Assembly: GCF_035594765.1 (NCBI RefSeq)
Contig: NC_085841.1
Span: 291,285,402 to 291,349,401 of the forward strand
Direction: 5' to 3'
DNA length: 64,000 nt
Origin: Anolis carolinensis
Lineage: Eukaryota
The first letter of the stretch is position 1, and each line of letters opens with the position of its first letter. The position numbers were made by a program, and so were the translations under genes. Below the pieces are notes generated by a model. It ran no database searches. It had not been told where the DNA came from and saw nothing but the letters and a program-made list of their open reading frames with translations. Below, piece by piece: positions 45,513 to 56,627 of the stretch.

Positions 45513-48500
45513 CTTGAGGAAAAGGGAAAAAATCCGAACAGTTAGGTTTGCAGATGTTATCTCTAACAAAGTAAAAGCAAAAATAATCATCTATTTTGTC
45601 TTCCAGACTTCATAGAAGTTTAAAGGAATGGAGGTTGGGCACCTGGAAGAAGTGAGAAGAGGTAATACAGGGAATTCAGTGGCAGGCCTCATTATTCTAT
45701 TATGTCTTATTTCTTCCCAAACTGACCTGTCGAAGTTGTTTGCTATGAGATAGGTCTAATTTGGATTATGAAGCAATGAAGATTATTATAGGAGTGCATA
45801 TGTAGGATTTTGGACTTCCTTCTGACTAAAAGACTTCCATGATCATAGAACCATTCGTACTGCATAGAATGATTTTGGAATCAGCAAGAGGTTTTATCCC
45901 AAATTCAAAGGTTTTCTAAATTTGCTCTATTTTGGCATATCATATCTGCAGTAAGACATTCCTCCAGAAGCTACATTTATCATTCATTTCTCATGTTTTA
46001 AAAGTTGTTCATTGTAATGTGGAGGAGACAGCACATATTTCTGACTTCAAACAAGTTTCATAATACATATTGCTTATACTGCCAACTTAATTTTCCAAAT
46101 TTTTGCTGGGTAGTAGAGATAAGAATATATTTGCTATATGTGTTTGATTTTGTCAGTTTCCAGCATTTCTAAAATCATCCTACTGAGTCCAATAACATAT
46201 TGTTTCCCTGGACTGACAGGAGGGGTCACTGTTCGTTTCTTCAAAACAGCATTATAATTGTCATATAGGGATGTTTTTATAAGTGACACCAAGGAAACCA
46301 TTTACTTTTAACTACATCACTTGCAAAAAGTATTGGGTTAAAAATGGAGAAACTGTTTTAAATCAAATTATATCAAGCACACACACACAAACACATGCTC
46401 GCCAGTGTAAATTTTTATATATGAATTACAGACTCATGAAATGCAAAAACCAATTTAACAGTCCGTGTCTATGAAACTCTTCATTAGCAGACATAGATAA
46501 TTAACACATTATACTGTGAAAAGATGGAACACATCCAATTACAAGGCACAGAAATGCATTAATTTAACAGCCCATATTTTCTGAAATTACGGTGAGAACA
46601 TATGCAGCTAGTAGAAATAGAACCTAAACACAATGCGATTCATACACTGGAGACTTCCTTCACATTACATTTCATGAAGCCAGTCCTACGCAGACAAAGC
46701 TGCATCTGGAAAATCTTTGAAGTCAGATAATTAGGTAAGTTCTTACTACTCTATTCTTGCCTCTTTTCCCAGGTGGATTTGGCATATATTAATACAGCTA
46801 AGTCAAGTTGTATATATATAAAGTGAGAGCCTTTTCATGTGATTTTATAGTATCACCCAAGTGAAGTATAAGATACATGGTAAATAATATCACATGCTGA
46901 ACAGCCAATGATACTCTTAACCTATTTAATTTTTCTACTATTGACATGATTTTGAAACAGAAACTATAAGCAAAATCCTAAAATCTGAATGGGGTGTGTT
47001 AGCAGCATTGCGATTGTAAAATGCTTAAATTTTAATTCAGACTTAGTTTCCACCCATCTAATTTGGGGAAAGCACATTGCAACAACTTAATATGAAATAT
47101 TTGTTTTATTATGGATTCCTTTAAAATTAGCATAATTCTTCCTTTTCTCTCCTCTTCTTATGCCCATGCCATATGCTCAGCCTGCAAAGGCGTAATAGTG
47201 TACATCAGCAGCACATGGTGTGTTGCTGACCTTCCTCAAAAAAAATCCTGCTCCCCAAGAAATGTTCCATAACTCCACAAATTTTAGTATTAGAATGGGT
47301 TAACACTTTAGTTCAGCATACAAATAAAAGATACAAGTAAATTTATCACAGAAATGTGAGCACACAAATTGTACGAGTTCTAGGTGTGGATGATTTTCAA
47401 TATCTGTGCAGTCCTAGAAATGTGCGAATTGAATGAAAATTTGCCTGGAATGAAAGAAGTCTTACTTGAGTGGACAATGGGCCCATCTACACTGTTATAT
47501 AATGCAGTTTCAAATGGCACCATATAGCAATGTAGATGGGGCCTAAGTCTTCATTTTGTGCCATCCTCTGCCTAATAGGTAAAAACATGCTTCACACTTT
47601 GCTCTGAGATTCCTGATGCTCCAGACTTGGTTTAGAGACCAGCTTGTTTCCGATCCCTTCAGCTCAGGATATACTCAGCTCTTCTCATTCTTCTGGTTGA
47701 ATTTTGAGGCATGATTTATCCCAGCTGTGTTCTAAACAATGGGAGGCAACACAAAATATGGAGATTAAAAAGGTCTTTCCATACCTGAGATAGTCTCTTC
47801 GACAGAGCTTTCTGCCCAGTTTATAATACAGTCGCCTTCCCACTTCTCCAAGCCTGCATCCACACAAATCACAGCTGAGACAGTCTTCGTGCCAGTACTG
47901 ATCAATGGCTTTGAGGAAGTAACGGTCCCCAATGTTCTGTTGGCAACCTCCACATGTTAAGAGGGAAGGGGGAATTTGGAGCACCTCGTCCACCGGTTCC
48001 CTGTTTGAAAGAAGCAGTTTTTAGACATATACCAAAGCAAGCATTCCAAGCCATTCATTATGGCTGGAGTTTTAGCCTCATTGTGTTTCAGTGTACTTCC
48101 TGAGGCACATGCCCTTCATGAAATGCAGGAACAAGAAAAAACTACTATATTTACTCATGTATAAGTTGAGGGCAGGCTTGGAATTTAAAATGATGGATTT
48201 TGATATGCCCCATGGATAAGTTGAGGGTCATTCCCAGTCACTATTTCCTCACCTAGGCATTCAAAAAAGGCTAGAAGTGGCCCCAAGATAGAGAGAATGG
48301 AGCGGGTTGGTGCTAGTTTTAGGTTATCCTGAAACTGATTAAACTCTTGTCTTTCATTACTTTGTTCAGACAATGTGGCGGTTCCTTTTTTTATAAGACT
48401 TAAGGCACTACAGTCACCTAGATCCATGGATAAGTCACAGAAATAGAGTTGGAAGAAGCCATATGGCCAATCCAGTCCAACCCTCTGCCATGTGGGAAAA

Positions 48501-50474
48501 GCAGAAACCCATGTTTTTTGGGTTGAAATTTTGGCTAAAATTTCTAGACATATACATGAGTATATAAGATATGCAGGGGAAAGTAATCTTATTTTCCACA
48601 GTCAGAAACATGGTGAGGCTAAAAGAGATAGGGATGAATTTGTTGTTGTTTCTCATCAAATCAACTTCAACCGATGGCAGTCCCACGAATGAGAGGTTTC
48701 CAAGAACCTGCTTCATCAACACTTCTGCTCAGGTCTTGCAAACTCAGGGATGTGACTACCTTGATTGATCTGGATGCAGCATTGAAAAATGTGAGATGCT
48801 TTCATTTCTGTATGATCACATATCTAGCCTTTGAAGCTAAAAAAATACACACATACTTTTAGAAACTGCTGGGGAGAATCTTAAATATTGGTAACTAGGC
48901 ATGATTTTTAAAAAGGGAGGATATTTGTGATTCTCCAGATGTGGTTGAATTACAGTTTCTGTTGGCCGTTGCCAACATAGCAATTCATGGGGGTGATGGA
49001 TGCTATACTCCTGCATCATTTGTAGGGCTGCTCATTTCCCCCATCCTTTCTATATATACTATTGACAAACTCATTTTCTGAGCGTGGATAATTATGTAGC
49101 CAAATAAAATTACCATCATCATAATCCATTCAGGAGAGGCATGGATTATTAGCAGGAACTCCAAAGTTTGTAGAAGTATAAAAATATTGGAGGGTCTGCA
49201 AAAGAGAGATGCCAAAAGCATACCAATGTGGATTCTATATAGTCCCAGGAATTGTGATTAATGAATGAAGAAGGCAAATGGAATGGAGCTTTGAAGTCTA
49301 TACTGCAATATTTTGTTGCAAGGTGTTCTTGTTGGTAATGAGCTTCATTTTCTTTCAGAGATCAGTATAATTTGGTTTTATGAATTCTGGGAAATTCAAT
49401 CTCAAACTATTCATATTACTATTGGTGTTCAGAAAATATGCAGTCCTAAACTAGCAACTAAATAAAACAAAGCAAGAAGAATAAAGTTTCTTAACATGAT
49501 CATATTATTTCCCTGGAAGATTCTTTGTTCCTTGAACATTCCCTTTAGTAACAGTAGTTGAAAAATATACTAGCGAAACACTGACAGTCTGCATAGTCAG
49601 CAGCTGACAGTAAGACATTTTAGCACATGTTTAACCTTAAGCTCATAAACATTGCCATTGAAAATGAAAAAGAAAACCCTTACATTTTTAAAGTTAATCA
49701 TGTGATTTAGCGATTATATTATGCTCCTAGCTCAAACTATTAACAGTGTTCAATCCATCTTTTTGGACTGATTGTTCAATATTGGTTTAATAAGCTCATT
49801 TGGACTCTCACTTTCTCCCAACCTTTGCACTGTTGCAAGATGGAATTAAAAATAACGACCAAAGCACTTTATAGTCAATGTAGATGTTCCATTGGACTAA
49901 ATCCAATTTTAATCTCGGCAAGACCACACTTGCTAAAATGAACTATGTTAGTCATCATTTACCTGAATTTGATTATTAACCTTGTAGGTTTGTTTAATCC
50001 ACAAACAACTACAGGGAAAGTGTCCACTTAAAAGCTACAATATGATAAAATGTGGGCCGAGAAATAGTTATTTCTACCCACTTCTACCAGCTCCTGGTAA
50101 TAGTGGCAAGGGGTCAAGAGGCGTCCTTCTCTTGGCTCCCACCGCCAAGCCCAGACGGACCCCGAGACTGCGAAAGGAGGTCCCCAAAAACGGGGATCAA
50201 GGCAGGAAAAGGGCATCAGACAACCCTATGCAATGCATGGGATCCCCTTAAACTGTGTGGCTGAGCGACCAACCTGAGCCTTCTAAGAGTCAGCATCAGA
50301 ATAAAATAAAAGCTCAGTAAAGAAGGGCATCTCTGGACCTGGAGGAGGTGGGATGTCTCTCCCAATCCAGGGCGAGTAGAAGCTGTTGGCACCCCAAAAG
50401 AAAGGCAAAGTTGGGAAGGGAAAGGCGACTTACTCGGAGGGCTCGAGGCTTTTCCTTTCGATGGCCGAGGACAT
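45293..50474 (-). CDS. LMO2: LIM domain only 2 (rhombotin-2); join(50474-50434,48000-47785,45512-45293), 158 aa
   Basis: [158 protein letters not shown]; two LIM domains; nearly identical to recalled human LMO2; GT-AG phase-2 introns. Confidence 0.98.
47785..48000 (-). CDS. LMO2: LMO2 LIM1 exon (216 bp)
   Basis: tttcaaacag|G GAA CCG GTG ... CTC AG|gtatgg. Confidence 0.97.
48146..48570. mobile_element. Degenerate Tigger/pogo-like MITE in LMO2 intron, with a short CR1-tail insert (~48436-48500)
   Basis: ctatatttactcatgtataag / catatacatgagtatataag termini. Confidence 0.55.
50434..50474 (-). CDS. LMO2: LMO2 first coding exon (coding part); candidate acceptor just upstream of 50529
   Basis: ccaATG TCC TCG GCC ATC GAA AGG AAA AGC CTC GAG CCC TCC GA|gtaagt. 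Confidence 0.95.
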
Positions 50475-50479
50475 TGGCA

Positions 50480-51260
50480 GGTCTCGCTCGGGCTCACCCC
50501 ACCCGCGACCACATCCACGGGGCTCCCTTCTGGAAAGGGAGGAAGAGGAGCACAGACAGACCAAAGGAGCCTGGAGTGTCGGGAGATGCGATGGCCTTTG
50601 GGGGAGAGATCCTTCTCAGCCTCCCATCTCTGCCGCGCTTCGATCCCGGGATGAATCCTTCTCTCTCGCTTTAGGCAGCGCTCAGCATCCGCTGCTCCTG
50701 CTGCTCCTCCTCCGACACCGACAGCAGCTCCTCCTTAGTCTTCTTCTTATTATCTTCTTCTTATTGCTGGTCCTACTTCTGAAGCTCTTCTTTCTCTCTC
50801 CTTCTCTGTCTCTCTGTCTCTTTCTCCCTCCCTCCTTCCCTCCCAGCCGCTCTGCTTTCACATCCTCTTTCCTGATCACGACTCCAATACAATAGAAGGA
50901 AATGACATTTTAAAGAGACAGCTGTCTATTTCTTCTCCTCCTTCTCCCCTGGACCCCCCTCCTCCCCCTCCTCCGGGGGATGGGAGCCGACGCATCTCTC
51001 ACGACGACCGAGGCGGGCGCCTTAAAGGGCCAGCCCTCGCCTTCCCTGCGCGCGCAGCAAGGCGAGCTGACTCGCCCTTGGGTGTATTGAGTTATTTATT
51101 AGTCATGGTTGATGATATGGGTAACCGCTGGGCTCAAGGGCCGCAGACGTTTGCTAACGAGGAAAGCAGGGTCTGGGCTCACAGGGAGGCGAGCGGTGCA
51201 CGGGGAAAGTTGTCTTCCGCACAGGTAGAATCGGTTTTAAGGGCCGCGTTGTTTTTATTA
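50480..51260 (-). promoter_or_regulatory. LMO2 proximal promoter / CpG island
   Basis: CpG-rich; ETS cores (ttcctg near 50869, aggaaatg near 50898), palindromic AGACAGCTGTCT E-box at 50916-50927, CCAAT at 50884-50888, long purine/pyrimidine tracts. Confidence 0.7.
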
Positions 51261-51264
51261 TCTA

Positions 51265-51587
51265 CAGTAGAGTCTCACTCATCCAACACTCGCTTAGCCA
51301 ACGTTCTGGATTATCCAACACATTTTTGTAGTCAATGTTTTCAATATATCGTGATATTTTGGTGCTAAATTCATAAATACAGTAGTTACCACATAGCATT
51401 ACTGCATATTGAACTACTTTTTGTGCCAAATTTGTTGTCTAACATGATGTTTTGGTGCTTAATTTGTAAAATCATAACCTAATTTGATGTTTAATAGGCT
51501 TTTCCTTAATGCCTCCTTATTATCCAACATATTCGCTTATCCAACATTCTGCCGGCCCGTTTATGTTGGATAAGTGAGACTCTACTG
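51265..51587. mobile_element. Tc1/mariner MITE (CAGTAGAG family) at the edge of the LMO2 CpG island
   Basis: Full TIRs. Confidence 0.88.
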
Positions 51588-51590
51588 AAA

Positions 51591-51965
51591 CTAGCTTGGG
51601 GACCCGACGGTGTCCGGGTTATTTGAGAAAGGCATTGTAGACCTGTGTTCCAAGTGTACTCTAGATCCAACGTTAGCTGGGTTCAGTGGGTGAGGGAGAA
51701 CTGCAACTCCCATATGCAAGTCGCATCCTCCATGGTCCATCCCCCTCCAAACAGCGCCAGGATGTAGAGTGGGTCATGGGTGCTCTGTGTGCCAAGTGTG
51801 GTCTTGATCAGTCACTGGTGGGGGTGGCAGTGATCTCAGGAAGTGAGTGAAGGTACTGCAAGTCCCATCATCCATGGTCTGTTGCCCCACAAACCACACC
51901 AGGATGTAGAGTTGGTCATAGGGGCTCTGTGTGCCAAATTTTATCATGACCAGTCATTGGTCATG
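51591..51965 (-). mobile_element. Helitron-like non-autonomous element (3' end)
   Basis: Minus strand ends ...acccggacaccgtcgggt (hairpin) ccccaag CTAG|T; internal imperfect direct repeat of about 150 bp; followed by (TG)/(TA)/(CA) microsatellite. Confidence 0.5.
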
Positions 51966-51968
51966 ATA

Positions 51969-52002
<34 letters not shown>

Positions 52003-52042
52003 CACACACACACATATATACACACACGTATGCACCCAAATA

Positions 52043-52362
52043 CAGTAGAGTCTCACTTATCCAACACTCACTTATCCAACGTTCTGGATTATCCAATACA
52101 TTTTTGTAGTCAATGTTTTCAATATATCATGATATTTTGGTGCTAAATTCATAAATACAGTAATTACTACATAGCATTACTGTGTATTGAACTACTTTTT
52201 CTGTAAAATTTGTTGTATAACATGTTTTGGTGCTTAATTTGTAAAATCATAACCTAATGTGGTGTTTAATAGGCTTTTCCTTAATCTCTCCTTATTATCC
52301 AACATATTCGCTTATCCAACATTCTGCCGGCCTGTTTACGTTGGATAAGTGAGACTCTACTG
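52043..52362. mobile_element. Tc1/mariner MITE (CAGTAGAG family)
   Basis: Full TIRs with TA TSD inside a TA/CA-rich tract. Confidence 0.88.
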
Positions 52363-53390
52363 TATATGTATACATATAATACATATATGTGTGTGCATAT
52401 ATATGACTAATAATATCTATCTATATATACACTAATTTCTAATAATAACTAATAGAGTCTAATATGAGTATAGACATATATGACTGATAGCTAATACACA
52501 TATATATATCTGAGAATGGCATTCACACAGCTCTAGCTGAAGGCTTGAACAGGCACATAAAAGCCAGTAATGGAAAGAAACCGCTATCTCATCATCTTTT
52601 CCAGCCTCTCCCTCGCTCCCTTCTTCACCTCTCCCCTCCGGTGAGACAGGAGGATAATTCACACCGTGGAGCGAGATCTGCTTCGTGGTGGAAATCCAGC
52701 TTCCCGTTAGAAGTGCAGTGACAGCAATGCCAGGCTGGAGGTGCGCCTGTCTCTCAAGTACAGGCAGGGACAGGGAATTAACTGCTCTGGTGGCTCCTGT
52801 ATAAGTTGCAGCTACTTAAGCAAAGGGAAGCAGGAGATCCAAACCCACTCAAGTGTTGGTGATATGTACCATTCCCCTTGCAGATATGTCCTCCCGAATA
52901 TGTGAGGCAGCAGGTGGTGATGAAAATTAAGCTCATTTCTAATTGCCTAGTTTTAAAACTATGTTTATTCTTCAGCCTCTCTTCAAACTCTTGGGGAATC
53001 AGGGTAAAGTGTCAGGACTTTGCCCTGGTGCCCCTTTCAAAATGCAGATCATTAGGTTCATAAATAGTCACTTTCATTTGACCTGGAAGCTCTTCCTATT
53101 CAACTTTGATTATATCTCCAGTGGATAATCTTTGGAGAAAGAAGGAGTTATTCGAATGCATTCAGATTTGCTGTCACAGATATTACACGAATATTGATAT
53201 CTGGCTTCTAGATGTGTGACTGATTGCTCTATGCATGGGTTACAATTTGACAAATTACTAAGATCATAACTATATAGCATTCTTGTAATAATATAGTGTG
53301 CATGTTTTGGGGACTTCATAGTATTCATACTTATTTGGGGGGGGGGATATTACCCAAAACAAAGCAAACTAAGCGTGCTGAAGTTCAGAA

Positions 53391-53468
53391 TATTGGGCTA
53401 TTGGATTATGACTTGTTAGGATCATAACTTATTGGGCTATTGGATTATGACCTGTTAGGATCATAACC
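53391..53468. repeat. Two-copy 39-bp tandem duplication
   Basis: tattgggctattggattatgac(t/c)tgttaggatcataac(t/c) x2. Confidence 0.9.
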
Positions 53469-54039
53469 TAGTGGGTAGCAGAGTTTTAGAGTTGCTCCTT
53501 CAGTTTATTGGATAATGGATGACCACTTGGCACATAGATATTTTGTTTCTATTTGATGCTTTCAGCAGACAAAGATTCAAGTAGACTTCTTTAAAATAAC
53601 ATGTTTGTTTTACTCATAACTTTATGTATTTAAATATACAGGTACATTTCTTGTCAGGTTAAGCTTTAAATCATTTCAGTTTGTATCTTTAACTTACTGT
53701 CATTATCAGTCTCTTTAAAACTATATTGCTTTGTACAGCTCTCCTTTATAACAGTCTACCTCCAAAGAAACTCATGGCTCAATGTCTTCTAACTCCTAAC
53801 ACTGGCTTCTGCACTCAAACAGACTCAAGCCCCAACTGACTTCTAATTGTCATCCTTTTAAAACTGAACTTTCTAAACTGTCACTGAACCAGACACATGG
53901 TCTGCAGCCCCTCCCACTGCTTTAAGTGCATAGAGCTAAGAAACCTGCAAACCAAAGAAGACATACACTTCAGGAAATAAACCGACACACTATAAAAGAG
54001 ACGAAACATTAAACAGAGGAGTCTTGAGAAGATTGCTGT

Positions 54040-54830
54040 CTCCAATACAGAACACAAAGGCTATCTTAGCTTGTATTAATTGAAGCAAAGTTTTCAAGTT
54101 GAGGGAAGTAATATCTCCCCTGTATTCTGCATCTGGAATACTGTGCTTAGTTCTGGGTACCTCATTTTAAGAAGGATATTGTAGAGAGCAAGCATGGTAT
54201 AGTCGCTTGGGCATTGGACTGTAACTCTGGAGACAACGGTTCGGATCCCTGCATAGCCATGGAAACCCACAGGTAATCCTAGAAAGGTACACTTTCCCAG
54301 CCTCAGAGAAAGGTAAAAACAAGCTCCTTCTGGACAAACATATTTAAGAAAATGCCACAGTAGATTCACCTTAGAGTTGCCATAGGTCAGAAATGACATG
54401 AAGGCACATATTAGACGTGTTCAGAGAAGGGCAACAAGGGCAGGTTCAGAGAAGGGCAACAAGGATGATAAGAGGTATGGAGAACAAAAAATACAAAGAA
54501 CTGGGTGTGTTTAGCTGGATTGAAAGAATTGGGCATGTTCATCTTGGTGTAGAGAAGACTGAGGGATGACGTGCTTGCATCCCTGAAATACCTCAATGGC
54601 TGACACAAAGAGGAAGAAACAGGTCTGTTCTCTGCTGCCCCAGACTTTAGGACCAGGTATAATGGGATGAAGTTACAAGACAGAAGATTTCAGTTTAACA
54701 TCAGAAAGAACTTCTCAGCAGTAACAGCAGTTCAGAAAGGGAAACAATCACCTAGAGATGCAATAGGGTTCCTTCTCTGGATGTCTTCAAAAAGAGGGCA
54801 TCTACCTGCTGAGATGTCACAGCTAGATAT
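54040..54830 (+). mobile_element. Old CR1 3' fragment interrupted by a tRNA-derived SINE (~54185-54410)
   Basis: CR1 wording catctggaatactgtg...ttctggg, gttcagagaagggcaacaaggatgat (locally duplicated), agaagactgaggg; SINE with box B ggttcggatccc and RTE-like tail gttgccataggtcagaaatgacatgaaggcaca. Confidence 0.7.
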
Positions 54831-56280
54831 TGAACATTGTGTCTCTCAGCAACTGATGTTTCAACAGTGCCTAAAGTTTAACATAGCAAGATGAAACAAC
54901 TTATTGTTCTCCAAAACCATCCTCAGAATGTATGTTCACCATCTCTATTAACAATGTCTCCCTTTAATCTTTGAAGAAAGCATATATGGATACCGTAATC
55001 TTGGTTTTATTTTTTACTCTTCTTTGTCTTTTCTTTTTCACACTGAGTAAGGGGTCAGACCTGATGGCCCACAGGGTGTCTTCCAATGTTTTTTTTAATA
55101 TATAATTTTATGATTCATTCCTCAAGTCATTCTTAAGGAGAAGATGGATGCTGCCATTCTCACCAAGGGCTACTTTTCATAGGTTGGGATGTAGCTTACA
55201 GCCTTTGCGTTCCAAGAGCCAAAGGTAGAAAGTCAAGATCCAGATTCAGAATATGCAAATATACATTCTATTTCCCATCTTAGCTATCCAATAATGTACA
55301 AAAATGTGCTATTTGGTAGAGCATATCTATTTTGGTTTTTAAAATACGGTAGCTTTTATTATAAAATGCAAGTGGCTATATACAGAAAAGAAGAATATTA
55401 TCATTTGCAGCATGGCTTCTTGTTATTGACTAATTCATGTACCACTAATAAAGCAATGTAAACAACTCCAATAAGCTAACTGACAGACAAAAACAGAACA
55501 GCACATTCATATTGTTAATATGTAAATGAGAGCCTTATCTCACTAGCTGCTTTGGTTACTGTTCTTGTGGATTAACCATGCATCCAAAAATTGCAAGGAA
55601 GGCACTGCCTAGGTGAGATTGTGAGTAGCCAATGTACAATGCCAGTGAAAGGCCTCTAGCATGTCAGGCATTCTCAGTAGTAGCCTAAAACTACACTTTT
55701 ACCTCTCTTGCCATGCCAATCACTGCACCACATCTTAGAAGTGACAATAATGCTGGGCCTGCTCCTGTACCCTTGATTAATAAGACTGGTTGTTTTGAGT
55801 AGTGGAGAGAGGTTGAAAAGCTTCATACAACACTGAGTATGGAGTATAGGACTTGTCACTGTATAATAGATTAGAGTGCTCAGAGGCACAATTTACTCAG
55901 TCTGAAAAAGTTTTTTTTTTGTCATAATCGCTTATTGTTTACAATACACATGTATGTTATCATAACTTGTATTGATGAGTAAGTGGGGCAATCTCTGTGT
56001 TTTCCCTGTAAATACAACTACAACCATTCGGAACCACTGATATGGATTTCCATGATCCGCAGATAAATGTGCAAACATTTCAGAAAACTACGTTTTCATA
56101 GAAATGCAATATGTTGCAAGAAATATGGTTGCTGTTGTAATCACTGAGTGATAAACATCATGTGTAATTGTGGCCTCATATATCAGATGGAGGAAAATTG
56201 TCTAATAAACCTAGAAATCATATAACCACTATCCAAAACAGAAGCTGAGATTTTCTATGCAGGCATTTTGTAAGCTTTAG

Positions 56281-56627
56281 GTAAAGGTAAAGGTTTTCCC
56301 CTGACATTAAGTCTAGTTGTGTCCGACTGTGGGGGTTGGTGTTCATCTCCATTTCTAAGCCGAAGAGCCAGTGTTGTTCGTAGACACCTCCAAGGTAATG
56401 TGGCCGGCATGACTGCATGGAGTGCAGCTACCTTCCCACCAGAGCGATACCTATTGATTTACTTACATTTGCATGTTTTTGAACTACTAGGTTGGCAGAA
56501 GCTAGGGCTAACAGTGGGAGCTCACCCCGCTGCCAGATTCGAACCGCCAACCTTTTGGTCAGCATGTTCAGCAGCTCAGCGGTTTAACCCGCTGCACCGC
56601 CAGGTGCTCCTGTGCCACCGGGGGCTC
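56281..56627 (-). mobile_element. Sauria SINE, full length, with duplicated 5' end
   Basis: gtaaaggtaaaggtttt tail; 8-bp TSD agctttag. Confidence 0.88.

Noticed and set aside
47685-47993. ORF-track boundaries for LMO2 (and 27740-27997 for FBXO3)
   Set aside because: They run past the splice sites into introns; I set exon limits from GT/AG and phase
50042-50895. Several ORFs in and around the LMO2 island, including a Leu-rich 169-aa ORF
   Set aside because: Low-complexity CT-rich promoter/UTR sequence; only 50434-50474 matches LMO2
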